Positions 1-12,348 of a stretch of 64,000 bases of DNA are shown piece by piece. The notes beneath the pieces were generated by a model. It was not told the DNA's origin. It made no database searches and saw nothing but the letters and a program-made list of their open reading frames with translations. Position 1 is the first letter of the stretch, and each line of letters begins with the position of its first letter. Origin of the DNA: Eledone cirrhosa (Eukaryota); NCBI GenBank assembly GCA_964016885.1, contig OZ024740.1, positions 250,046,001 to 250,110,000 on the forward strand, in the 5' to 3' direction. A program made the translations under genes and the position numbers.

Positions 1-472
1 GCTGATTAATAGATTTAGAAAGAAGTTTCCCACAGACACTAAACATTTGCTATGTGATAGATCTGACTGTTTGTAATACAACCAAATCTTGACCAAACTC
101 TTCTCTACTTTTTCTTAGAATATATGCGGATTGCCACACCTGCATACTCATAAATCTCTCTGCTAACTGGATGGATTTGTAACACAACAAAAGGTTCTTA
201 TATAAAATTATGCTGGAAGATTTTCATTTAAATAAAAACCCTTTAAAATCAGTGGTCTTGTTCCATAGAATGAGATGCAGTTTTGGGCAGGTTGGTATCA
301 AACGGGTTAATGACTGCTAATCCACTATAATGAAATGAGACAATGATATTATTTCATTATGAGATTACATATCTTAATTCAAGAAAATGGGGCTCAATCA
401 GTTTTATTCTCATAAGCATAGTATCTTCAATGAACAAAATAAAATAAAAATTGAATAATAAATAAAAACAAC

Positions 473-691
473 CTGAATAATTTGAAAAGGCTTTCTGCAT
501 ATCTTCCAAAGGAATGGTTGGCATCAGCTCTTCAAATGTTGGTATTTGAAGGAAGCTTTTCTGCATACCATTTGAAAAATTTGTACCCATTTTATAATTC
601 ATTGAAGATGCACCTGGGTAGAGGGCACCACCACTTGTCATTCGAGACATACAAAGGCCATTACTATTCTCATCATAGTTACCATGGTTGT
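473..691 (-). CDS. GLIS1/3: GLIS1/3 C-terminal exon (gene probably continues left of window)
   Basis: Acceptor cttctctttccag|AC, phase 1; open frame DNHGNYDENSNGLCMSRMTSGG...NYS. The donor G|gttgtt is weak, so read-through to the stop at 357 cannot be excluded. Confidence 0.7.
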
Positions 692-1322
692 CTGGAAAGA
701 GAAGGATTGAAAATGATTATTTTATTTGCTTGCATGGGTTATATTCTGGAAAATGAAAGGAAAATAACTAAAGAGTAGGAACTCTGGGAGAAATTTGGAA
801 AGTTGAAAAATCTACTTTTGGGTTCTATAGGGAGGGGAAAGATTAACTCCTCCAATTCAGTTATTCCCCCAATTTGCTCTTTGGGCCTGTGAACTGATGT
901 ACCAGCTCAAATGTTCACTTATAATCCCTGGAGGAGGGTTGTTTATAGAGCTGGACTAATGTGATTTTCAAAAGTATTATTGAGAATATGAACATATGTT
1001 TGCATTAAAGTGGGACTAGGTAAATAGATAGACTAGTGACTTGTGGGTTCTCCAATGGTCATATTTAGGACTAGAATAGAAATTACATTACAGAAGGATT
1101 AAGTAAAAAGATGGTGTAGTGTGCACTTGAGTGTTTATTTTGATTAAAATAAGTGTGGTATTACATAAATAAAGACAGGTACAAAAACAGGCTAGGTATA
1201 AAGCAGGACAGTTGTCCTTTTTGAGACTAGGGTGGGAGATAAAACTAAAAAAAAAAAGAGATGGTGATAGCAGTTTATGGTACCTAATTCTGGAAAAAGA
1301 GGCCATGCTATGATATACTAAC

Positions 1323-1540
1323 CTGCCATGTGGGATCCTTGTAGAAAAGCTGTAGGATAAAGCTGAGAGTGTTGACTGTTGGATTGATAAGACAGATCAG
1401 AAGTGAAAGAAGAATTAAAATTGGTTTCAAGTTGTGTATTAGTGGTTGACTGCACAGCACCATGTCTTGGTGTAATAGATGGTAACATTTGTTTCGGACT
1501 GATCAATGAAGAGGTTGGTGCTGGAGAAAACCCATTTAAA
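1323..1540 (-). CDS. GLIS1/3: GLIS1/3 C-terminal exon
   Basis: Acceptor ttccctttttag|T, donor G|gttagt; phase 2/1; lies within ORF 1318..1662 (LNGFSPAPTSSLISPKQMLPSI...). Confidence 0.8.
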
Positions 1541-2102
1541 CTAAAAAGGGAAAAAATATCAATTATATAAACGATGGACTTTCCCATAGAGAATGATATG
1601 AGCATCCTGTTGTTCAATGAATTGTGAAACATATTTATTGTATTAGCGTTCAAAGTGGTCAATTATTCTATAGACACAAGTACCCTTAACATAGTTTTTC
1701 TAGTGGAAACAACAGAGTACATTGTGACAAAATCATACCTTTGAATTACAGGTACAGTCCATCCAACAGGCTTCCATATGACTCTTCCATTTATCTAATT
1801 CCAGTCTTTGGTCAACTCAAAGCTGGAATAAAAGACACTTGCCCAATGACATCATGATTACAATGTGAATTTCTTAACCATTTTGCTGTGTCTGCATCCA
1901 TTATATAGACATACAAAGACACAAACACACACAAAATTATTTCAAATAAAATGGTAAGTGATTAAGAAATCTTCTATGTAACCATGTGCAGTTCTGGGTT
2001 CAATCCCAATATGCAATATTTTGGGCAAGTTTCTCCCACTTTAACTTCAGATTGACCAGTGCCTTGTAACTAGAATTTGGAAAACAAAAACAGTTACATT
2101 AC

Positions 2103-2220
2103 CTTTCAGTTTTTTCTTCCAAGAAAGGTAAGGTACCAGCACTCAGTGGACTTTCCCGAATTCCTGTAGGAGACTGATGTCTTAGATTTTGACTAGAATG
2201 ACTGCTCGAGAATCCCAGAC
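2103..2220 (-). CDS. GLIS1/3: GLIS1/3 C-terminal exon (Ser/Pro-rich)
   Basis: Acceptor ttttatttccag|GT, donor AG|gtaatg; open frame GLGFSSSHSSQNLRHQSPTGIRESPLSAGTLPFLEEKTE; phase 1/2 fits both neighbours. Confidence 0.82.
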
Positions 2221-2541
2221 CTGGAAATAAAAAAAAAGACTAATGATTTCTTCTATTTACAGTGTTTGTTAATAACAATCTATTTTATTTTACTTACAAC
2301 AGAAATAATAATTATAATTGTTTTTGAAATAGACCCTTGACCAGAAATTTAGGAGGATAAGTTAGTTGATTAAATCAACCCGAATACTTGGTATTGGTAT
2401 TTTAGTAAATCATGACCCTCAAGTGGTGGTATTGAATGAAGAGACAGATTAGGTCTGCCTGTTACAACCAGGTTCAAATTCTACTGAGTTCTCAGAAATA
2501 TCATTTATTTATCTTTTGCCACAAAACAGATAAATAGTTAC

Positions 2542-2677
2542 CTTGATAAATGTCATTGGCTGCCCCAGACAAACTGCTATTGCCATTTGTTTCCATAGAA
2601 TCTTCTGGACGAAGTGATTGAATTGAAATACAGTCAATCAATGTATCAGGGGCAAATTCATTCTTTCCACTACGAAT
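2542..2677 (-). CDS. GLIS1/3: GLIS1/3 exon following the zinc fingers
   Basis: Acceptor ttttattcag|ATT, donor G|gtaact; phase 0/1. IRSGKNEFAPDTLIDCISIQSLRP resembles GLIS3 PDLLTDCLTVQSLQP (recalled). Confidence 0.9.
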
Positions 2678-2843
2678 CTGAATAAAATTAGTTTTATACA
2701 ATATAAAAATATATACATATACATACACACACACACACATATATATATATGTGTGTATGTATATGTATATATATCAAGATAGAGCCAGTTTTAAGCTAGT
2801 AAGACCATTATTCATCAGAATACTTAGGATAGCAGAGTGTGAC

Positions 2844-2960
2844 TATATTAGAAAGAGTCAGGGCTCAACTCTTGTCATTTCAACAGCTTGTTCCAGAGTC
2901 TGGAACTAGCTGTTGAAATGGCAAGAGCTCAGCCGTTGGGCCCCGACTCTTTCTAATATA
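2844..2960. repeat. About 115-bp near-perfect hairpin / MITE-like palindrome
   Basis: tatattagaaagagtc...ttccaga g tctggaa...gactctttctaatata; TA-flanked. Confidence 0.85.
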
Positions 2961-3307
2961 TATCATCATCATCACGGTGTGTGAAATTCTATAAATAGAG
3001 GACCGCTTTTCTTTCAAACATTGGAAACATGACTGTACTCAAGTTTGATCTTTTTATTTAGGATTTTTTTTATATTACCTTAGTTCTTTATTTACTAGAT
3101 ACAAAAAGGTATTAATGTTTTGAAACCTCCATCTTTATACTAAGAATAGTAGTATCAACGGTGTATTGTTCACGTGCTTTGCAGTGGTCAAAAAGAATCA
3201 TGGGAATAATTAAATCATAGACACCTGATTTAAAAATTATTCAATTGTAGAAGCCAGGTAGTTTTTATTATTAATTTCATATATGCAGTAAATCTGTTTT
3301 TAGTTTT

Positions 3308-3770
3308 GGTTATATGATGCCTGTGTGAGATGCGCGATGCTGCATGGTAGTGAGACATGGGCAGCAACTGCAGAAGATATGCGACGGCTGGAGAGAAATG
3401 AAGCAAGTATGCTCTGTTGGATGTGCAATGTCAATGTGCATGAATGACCCAGCATAGACGAGTTGAGAAAGAAACTGGGTATAAGAGGGATAAGTTGTGG
3501 TGTGCAGGAGAGAAGAGAAGGCTGAGATGGTATGGCATGGAGGATGACCGATGGGTGAAGACATGCCAGGAAGTCCCAGTGGAGGGAAGATGCAGGAGAA
3601 GTAGACCACGAAAAACATAGGCGGAGGTGGTGAGAGCAGACCTCAGATCGCTGAAACTCACCAAGGAGATGATGAAGGACCGTGACAAGTGGGGAGATGC
3701 TGTGCTGAATAGGACCCGTCCAACCCTTGCAAGCAGGGAAAAGCGGGCATAAAATGATGATGATGATGAT
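3308..3770 (+). mobile_element. RTE LINE 3' fragment
   Basis: LYDACVRCAMLHGSETWA; ends acccgtccaacccttgcaagcagggaaaagcggg then (atg)n tail; homologous to 18190-18625. Confidence 0.9.
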
Positions 3771-3868
3771 AATTCCATACAAAATGAAGAGAGTAATTAT
3801 CAAAGCTTAACTAATATCCAAAATACAAACCCATTTACAACATACATGGTTTTATTATTACTCCCATG

Positions 3869-4050
3869 GGGTGGTGGATTGACAGTATTGGTAGAGGGTT
3901 AGACATGCTTTCCAGCATAGTTACGTCTCTTTACGTTCTGAGTTCAAATCCCGCCAAGGTTAACTTTGCCTTTCATCCTTACGAGGTCGATAAAATAAAG
4001 TATCAGTAATATACTGGGTAATTGCTGGCCTTGTGCCAAAAGTAGAAACA
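3869..4050 (+). mobile_element. tRNA-derived SINE family A with 15-bp target-site duplication
   Basis: B-box gagttcaaatcc; TSD attattactcccatg at 3854-3868 and 4051-4065. Confidence 0.9.
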
Positions 4051-4557
4051 ATTATTACTCCCATGATTCTTTACAACTACCACAAAACATGTGAACAATA
4101 CACCACTAATACTAACACTCTTATTCTGAAGATAGGAATGTAAAGGTCTTGATACGTTACTAATTTTATGGATTTTGAAATGCTCTTGTTCTAAACTAAT
4201 GATCCTTAAAAAAAAAGATCAAGCTTTAGCATGCTTTGAATGCAACACACGCACACACACACACACATATAATGTCTTATTTTTACAACATGGTTACAGT
4301 ATTTCAACATGGTTACATGTATTTACTAAACTTTATTAAAGAAACAATGATAAAGCTTAGCAAATTTGCTGAAACATTGTGGCCATGTTAAAAGAGTATA
4401 AATAAATCTATTCATATAGTATCATATTTTAATAGTAAGTTCTTTCTTACTTGTTGGCTAGAGCAATCACCAGATTGGCACCGTATGTGAGTTTGTGTGT
4501 AATCATGATGATGAGAAAAAAGAAGGATGATGGATAAAACTGAAATGGGAGTCATAC

Positions 4558-4671
4558 CTTCTTCCTCTGCTGCTGTTGATCTTTCTGTGTGTGGTTCTTA
4601 AAATGTTTGCGTAGTGAGCTTGGATCTGTGTAGCGTTTGGTACAGCCAACAACTTGACAAGCATAGGGTCT
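4558..4671 (-). CDS. GLIS1/3: GLIS1/3 exon: ZF5 and basic tail (absent from ORF track)
   Basis: Acceptor cctacag|AGA, donor AAG|gtatga; 114 nt, phase 0/0; [38 protein letters not shown]. Confidence 0.96.
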
Positions 4672-6136
4672 CTGTAGGTCAGAATTGAAACAATTTGGAA
4701 TTTAAGAATTTAAAATAAATGATATGAAGGGCATTTGGTTGTAAAGTACTGCATCAAAAAGTCCTGTCCTATCCATGCCAGCAAGGAAAGTAGATGTAAA
4801 AATGATGATGATGATAATTATGACAACAATGATAATTATATCAATGATTTCAAGATACTTTAAAGTAGCATCACCACAGAGTTTTGGTTTTTAAAAAACG
4901 ATTAGAGGATAATCAAATCTGAAATATCTTAAAACTATATTCCTTATTTTCCAACCATTTTCTTAAAAGAATTATTGGCAATAGGATTCAAAATTAGAAA
5001 TTTTAAGATAACAAAGCAGATTTTATATTACTGAGAATATTGTATATTTGCAGTGAGGACTGAGAACTGATAATCAAAAGTGTTTGTTTTTATTGTTTAA
5101 TCAAGGCAGTTCCCAAGTAAACCACAGTGTGACATGGCTGCCTCTTTAAATTATTGATACAGTTCATCTAATGTTCTTTCAAGCAGTTCCTGCCAACTCA
5201 ATTTCCTTCCCAAGGAAGCTAAGGACATATATCTAAGATCCCATGCAGTGAGACAGAACCTAGAACCGCATGGTTGGTTGTGAAGTGAACTTCTTAATCA
5301 TTTGGCTTTGTGGTGTTCACATGAAGCCATTGTAGCAGTGATAGAAGAGGAATCTATTGGTGAATGAATCTTGCTGAATGGCATTCTAGTGTGTGTGTAT
5401 AACAGCAGCAACATCCCATCTTTTATGTAGCCCTTACATGATATTTGTAACAAATATTTTGTTAACTAAAGCACTTTATTATATACTTGTCACTAGAAAA
5501 AATGGTAGCATGACAGGACTGGGTTCCTATCATTGAAGCACCTATGAGGCCTCCTATGGGATGCAACCTCATAGGAGGCTGACTAAACACTCACAGATGT
5601 ATGCCATATCAACAACAATATTATATACTTCCTTGAAGACTAAGTCCTTAATGATGTCTCAATATACTTGAAATATGTTACAGAACTGGTCAACAAATAA
5701 AAATAATAATAATAAAATACAGATGATGAAATTAAAAGACAACAACAATAAAGAACTCTTATCTTTTTGATCAAATAAAGGTGAAACCTTTATTTACATT
5801 GTTTAGTCATTGAGATATAATTAGTATAAGGTGTTATTAATTAACCATACAGCTGTCATGAAAGACATATAACAATTTTATGTTGGCATGAAACAGGACA
5901 GGTTTCATATGGAAGTGAATAGATGAGGTCGCTTAAGTTTACATGTACTAATGGAACTGCATTGCCAAAGTTGATATGTTCATACAAATTTGGTACTATT
6001 TGACTTTTCTGTGTCCGGAGTTTAGAGATTGTACACTCCGGACACAGAGATTGTACATTTTAGAGATTGTACATACTTTGTGAATTTGGCTTGACAGTCT
6101 AATATCACCATTTAATGATTTACCATTTATCAACTA

Positions 6137-6587
6137 CTAGCAGTGGTACTCGACATTGCACGGGATAAGGTATTTTGGAACGCAGGCTGCCAACAGACCT
6201 AATCATGGAAAAACTGCATACCTGGACAATATGTAAAGAAAATAAACCAAATACTCTGATGGCTGGATAATCTTTAAGATTTTCCTCGATGAAGCAGGAA
6301 AAATGCAGGTTTTCACCTAATGTGGGCCCTAGGGGGTCAAGAAAATGAATTTTTTTATGTGCATAATATGCCTTGAAATTTCGGGAAAATCGGCTAGACG
6401 TAACACCTCAAAAGACCCCTAAAAAGCTGAAAAAGTTGAATTTTATGTCCCTGAAACATAAGTAATACACATGTAAAGTTTGAAAAAAATCGGTTGGGTA
6501 CTTCTCGATTGGGTACTTCTCGAGTTTTAGGGATTCAAACTCACAGACACACACACACAGACACATCCTCAGTTTTATATATATAGA
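6137..6587 (-). mobile_element. Non-autonomous Helitron
   Basis: Minus strand starts TCTATATATATAAAACTG and ends with an imperfect hairpin then CTAG|T; interior similar to 52318-53161. Confidence 0.8.
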
Positions 6588-7128
6588 CTAGCAGAAAACC
6601 ACCCGGTGGGCGGTTTTCTGCTAGCAAATCTAGTGTATATACTGATATTGTTGAGATTTGGATGAGAAATGTTTTCGGCACCACATGTTCACCGTCTCTC
6701 GGTGTGTCTTTTATGCATGTATAAATATATATGTTATCTATACGGTGAAATCTTTGAAATAAATATATGTTAAAACGAAAAAGGAGAAAAAGAGATTAGT
6801 GACGGAAATATAAACGTTATGATACATAAACGTTATGATATAACAATGGAAATATATCTTCAAATGGTCCTTGGCATGGTGTCATGTCAGAACCGCCTCG
6901 AACTGGTTACTTCTGGCTTGTGCAAGGTGTCTCTATAGCAACCAGCGATTCCCTCGGCCTCAGTGACCAAAGTCAGTGGAGAGGGGAGGGTAATGTTTCT
7001 ATAGCGACAGTGTTTCTCTTGGTAGTACCAAAGTGGAGAAAGGAAGGGGAAGGTAATATTTCTGTAGCACCTACATTTGAGTTTTAGGGAAGGACAGACA
7101 GACAAACAGAGAAATGCCCATATATTTC

Positions 7129-7160
<32 letters not shown>
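6588..7160 (-). mobile_element. Second non-autonomous Helitron abutting the first
   Basis: CTAG at 6588-6591 with hairpin ctagcagaaaacc...ggttttctgctag; the far end has the gacagacagac motif before (TA)n. 5' boundary obscured by the minisatellite. Confidence 0.6.
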
Positions 7161-7167
<7 letters not shown>

Positions 7168-7432
7168 CACACACAGAAATGTATATATTACACACACAGA
7201 AATGTATATATTACACACACAGAAATGTATATATATTTCTGTGTGTATATATATATATTTCTGTGTGTATATATATATATTTCTGTGTGTGTATATATAT
7301 ATATATATTACACACACAGAAATATATATATATTTCTGTGTGTATATATATATATATTACACACACAGAAATGTATATATATTTCTGTGTGTGTATATAT
7401 ATATTACACACACAGAAATGTATATATATTTC
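7120..7432. repeat. Compound (TA)n/(CA)n minisatellite with units in both orientations
   Basis: tattacacacacagaaatgtatata and atatatttctgtgtgtata alternate. Confidence 0.9.
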
Positions 7433-7554
7433 TTAGAACAAAATTATTATTAATGTTTTGCTGTTCATAACAATTGGAATTGAAAAATTACTTTTGAAAT
7501 TATTAGTTATTTTACTAATGCTTAGATATGTAAAAATGAAGCAATGTTTCTAAT

Positions 7555-7744
7555 AATTGTTTCTACTTTTGGCACAAGGCCAGCAAACACCCAGTACATT
7601 ACTGGTACTTTATTTTATCGACCCCGTGAGGATGAAAGGCAAAGTTAACCTCGGCGGTATTTGAACTCAGACCGTAAAGGGACGTAACTCCATGCTATGA
7701 AGCATGGTGTCCGACTCTCTACAGATTCTGCCAATCCACCGCCC
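7555..7744 (-). mobile_element. SINE family A
   Basis: Reverse complement of the 13187-13380 copy. Confidence 0.9.
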
Positions 7745-8389
7745 TAATGTCTGTACGTAATGAGGGAGTGAGAGGGGAGAGAAAGAAAGACAGAGGTGAA
7801 GTGACGAAGTGACTCTCTCCTCCTCCTCCTCCTCCTCCTCCTCCATCTCCCCATTCGCCACAGCGATAGAGGCGAGGAATGTTAGTGTGTTACAAAGAGA
7901 AAGAGTGAGAGTGAGAGAAACAGACAGACTAAAAGAGAGGGATAGCTGGAGAGAGAGAGAGATAGCAACCACGCGCGCACGTGTTTCCACTGTCGGACAG
8001 ACAGACAGAGAAATTGCTGGTTATATATTATAAGGAGATAATGATTTTTTCGTCAAGAAGCTATCCATTAAATGTATTTACATGCCAGATCTCACTTGAC
8101 ATAAATACTCTTCTGTGAAGTATATCACATCAGTAGCCAACCATCATCTGTATTATCCTGGTATTATGCACTATTCACTCACAATCGATCAGTGGACATT
8201 TTACTTGAATAGATTCTGCTGACAATACACAAAGACATCTAAATATAGATAGATTAAGTAAAATTCTTGGAAGATAACCATATCAGTCCAGTTTAAGTGG
8301 CTGTGTCACTGTGTACAGTATGCTTTTGTGGTGTCATCTTTCAACATCTGAACTGTTTGAACTGTTTTGTTTTTTTGAGAAACATTTTG

Positions 8390-10330
8390 AAAAAAAAGTG
8401 GATATAGAATATCATTGACTCCTCAGAAGAAAAAACTGAAATCCACTTTCTATGAAAGAAAAGTCCTGTCAAAATTATTAAATAATGAAAAATGTTCATC
8501 ATGGTTGGAACTGAGTAAAAAGAATACAAGTAAAGGCTACTGTAAATTGTGTGAATGTGAGATAGCTTGTAGCTTAAGTCAAATAATAAGGCATGAAGAG
8601 AAAGAAAGACACCAGAAGAATGCAAAAGTGAAGTGATAGATTTTATAAAACCTGCTCAATGTTCTGCTCAACTTAACAAAAATAGCATCTGCTGAGTTGA
8701 AACTGCAAATTTATTGCTGAGTACAACCTACCCATTGCTGTTTTGGATCATTTACTTGGATTTATTACCAATGTATGCTCTGATTAAAAAATCACCAAAG
8801 ATATCAAGAACTAAAGAACTTGTATTTTTTCATGTGATCGGTCCCCATGCTTTCAATAATTTATTGTCTAAGCTAAATTCAGCAAAGTTCTCCCTTATTG
8901 CAAGTAAAACAATGGACATTTTTACCAACAAGCAACTTATTCTACTAGTGAGATATTCAAAAATCTGTGGACAAGTCTTTGACGCTTCTGGAAGTTAAAG
9001 TACACTTAGCGTTTACAATTGTCTACAATAATTTTCATTAAAAATAATATATTCCTTGAAAACTTAATTAGATTTGCCAGTGTTATGATGGAGAGCAAAG
9101 GAGGAGTTCAACATATGTTGAAACAGAAAATCCTGATATATTCATACAGTCTTGTGTTTGCCATTCCTTACATATGTATGCTTCTAAATCCTGCAATGAA
9201 CTACCATATTATTTGGAATAATTAGTAAGAAATATTTTTCATACCTGAATAACAATCCAAAGCACCTAGCTTTGGATTGTTGTTATAATATAAGAAATAA
9301 AAAATTTTTTTACAAATATCAGTCCTCACAAAATTCTTCATATTTGCTGGACAAGATGGCTTTCTTGGAAACAAGTTGTACAAAGAATTTTGGAGAAGTG
9401 CCCAGCACTTTAGTCATATTTCACAATTAGAAGATGGTATCCCTATGATAACTTCCAAAATATTAAGGGAATTACAAAGCTCCTTGACAAAAATATATTT
9501 TGCTTTCCTTGCTTATATTTTACCAGACATTGATAGTTTGGAGTTTGGAGTTCCAGGAAGAAATATATAGTATTCATAAATTATGAAAGTTCATTAACAC
9601 TATAATGAAAGCTGTTTTCAGTAACTTCCTCAAAAAAGAGTTATTGAAACTGAATGATATCAGTAAAGTAAATGTGAATGATCCTTCTACATACCTTAAA
9701 ATTGAAGACATCTATTATGGTGCCACAGTAGAATGTATTTTGATAGAGAACCCTGCCACCATTTCCCAAAAGGAGTTACAAGAATTTTGAGTAAAAGCAT
9801 TAAGATTCTATGTGGGCCTTTCAAAACAAATGATGCAATGCTTCTTATCATGTGATATGTTTACAAATTTATACCCAAATTTGAAGCTTTAGACCAAACC
9901 AATGTTATTGAAGGTAATCCAAAATCGATCATTCCATTGGCAACAAAATTTTCCAACGTTGTGCATGAAGACCAATATCAACAAATAGAGAATGGAGGAA
10001 ATTGACTCTGCAAGATCTTAATGTATAAAAGGAGCATGAGAAATACTGGTTTCTTGTTTCTCAAGAAAAATGTGGTGACATATTGCTACTTGTTACTATT
10101 TAAGTTTATGATGCAACTTCTTTCACATTCTTCAGCAGCTGCAGAAAGAGCTTTTCCCTTCTCAACAACATAAAAACAAAATACTGCAATGCTTTAAAAA
10201 CATCAACATTAAATGCCCTGCTATGATTAAAGTCTCTGCTGCAAAATGTTGACTGCACTAAGTAGCATCCACAAGAGCAACTTTGTCTCAAACTGAAAGA
10301 AACTGTTACAGCAAGAAAAATGTGGAAGAA
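8390..10330 (+). mobile_element. Decayed hAT DNA transposon transposase
   Basis: BED-like YCKLCECEIACS..H..H at the N-terminus and HSSAAAERAFS dimerisation motif near 10125-10160; many stops and frameshifts. Confidence 0.75.
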
Positions 10331-10399
10331 AAAGACATTTCTTTTTAATTAAAATATATAAAGTAAATGTAAAACATTTTCACTTTTTAACAATGGCAA

Positions 10400-10895
10400 G
10401 GACTCTAATGTCACAGAAGAATGGGGAGGGGAAAGGGGATTGGGCCAAGGGCATGGTGGTAATGGGGCTGTGCCCTCCGAAAAGACTTCCCGCGGACAAT
10501 GGCCAGCAACACCCGCTGTAACAGCCACCCTTCCTTGCGGGACTCCTTCCTCAGATTAGCCACCGACGTTCCTATCTTGCAGAGGAGCTCGACTGTTTGG
10601 GTTCCAAGTACACCTGAGGTCTCAACAGCGACTGGTGCAAAGAGGAAGTGGCCGGAAAATCAAGAGTATTTGTTTGTCTTCCATTGCTCTGCATAGTGGG
10701 CTGCATGCAGTACCAGTGTTTGTGGCTGAAGTGACTAAGTTACAAGCAGAGAATGTGTCACAACAAGTGGTGTCCCAGATGAGGCATCTATCACCTTCGA
10801 ATGGGAAGAGGGTAATTCCATCAGGATGCTTGCCATCTCTGCGCTCAAGGCCTGCTGGCTCCACTTGTGATGGGAAGCCAGCTGTGTCCTGCAAA
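10400..10895 (-). mobile_element. CRE-like (RLE-type) non-LTR retrotransposon 3' fragment
   Basis: EPAGLERRDGKHPDGITLFPFEGDRCLIWDTTCCDTF; homologous to 62110-62560. Confidence 0.8.
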
Positions 10896-11161
10896 CACGA
10901 CACAAAAAATAAAACAAACAAATATGACAAAGAAACACACAATCATACAAAGAAAAAAACAACGAAGAAATGTAAACACAGAAACATACACAGAAAAACA
11001 TACACATGTACAATGTACACACAAGAATAAATACATATGGACAACGTACTCACACAAATAATTACGCATACACATTTAATTGTCACTAAGGGAAATCAAA
11101 TTAAGCATTATTAAACAGCATATTCTTTACGACCTAAACTTGACAACAGAGTGTCATACTG

Positions 11162-11329
11162 CATACCTGTCAACTCTCCCCTTCCAATGGAGATATCTAC
11201 CACCCACTTTGGGGTTGGTGAAAGATGTCTTCTCTTGAGAAATTTCCCCATTTTGCCTCATTTCTCCCTGTTTTGGAGCACTTTTTTTCATGATACTCCC
11301 CATTTGGATTTTTAGAGGTTGGCAGTCTG
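11162..11329. mobile_element. Small hAT-like MITE
   Basis: Imperfect TIRs catacctgtcaact / ggttggcagtctg, flanked by atactg on both sides. Confidence 0.5.
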
Positions 11330-11939
11330 ATACTGCAATAGTAACTTCACCACATCTGAATGTTACAACAGTAACTTCACATCAACATGAGTATAACAAA
11401 CTGAGTAAGATAACACAGACTTGAATTATTAGAAATCCTGAGATCTTCCTCAAATCAAATTATTATCTTAAAAAAGAAAGAACCCATTAATTGTTTAGTA
11501 CTAAATACACTATGTCTGAATATAAGACAAGATGGTCACGACTGGAGTGTTTTTGTTCATATATCTGCTCAATCAGAATTGTAATTCTTTGCAAGAAGTA
11601 ATTTCACTTATATCACTAATGTCACTGATGAAAAAATGAATGCCACAATATCATTTATTAAAAGGGATATACTTTGTTTTCAATTTTTGTGAAACCTTCT
11701 AGTATAATCATTTAGTAAGGACCTCACAAAGTTTAAATCTAGCACTGATCAGTTGACCTGAAGCTCAGCAACAACAGTTCCATTGATTGCTTTGAAATTT
11801 CTGAATTACAAAACACCAAGTTTGCTTAGAAAAAAAAGAAAATCATTTAAATAATGGAAGTTAACAAAGATCTTTATATAAAATAGAGACACATAATCAT
11901 ATGTTGATAATATAATCTATTTGTTTAAAATTTATTTTA

Positions 11940-12348
11940 TCAGAGCACATGCAGAAGATGTATGAAGGTTGGAAAGAAAGAAAGGGAGCAAGCTCAGCTA
12001 GAAATGTAATGTTATTGTGCATGGATGATGGAGCACAAATGAGCTGAGAAAAAAAAAAAAAACTGTGTATAAAAGGGATTGGATGGTGTATACTAGAGAG
12101 GAGATTGAGCTGGTATGGACATGTAATGTGTATTGATGCTGACAGTTGGATAAAAAGTGCCAGGAGATCTAAGTGGAAGGAAGCTGTGAAAGAGAAAGAC
12201 CCAGAAAGACATGAATAAAAGTAGGGAAAGTTTATCACAGAGTGGGTGACAAAAGAATGCAACAAGTGATGAAATGCAGTGTTGGAGAGGAACCGTCCAA
12301 CCTATGCAAGCATGAAAATTGGATTTAAAACTGATTATGATGATGATA
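11940..12348 (+). mobile_element. Old RTE LINE 3' fragment
   Basis: RLSWYGHVM motif and (atg)n tail. Confidence 0.75.

Noticed and set aside
1-356. Terminal GLIS exon
   Set aside because: No frame resembling the GLIS3 C-terminus and no convincing acceptor; the exon probably lies outside the window.
6887-7470. Overlapping Tyr/Ile/Cys-rich ORFs
   Set aside because: Translation of (TA)n/(CA)n minisatellite.
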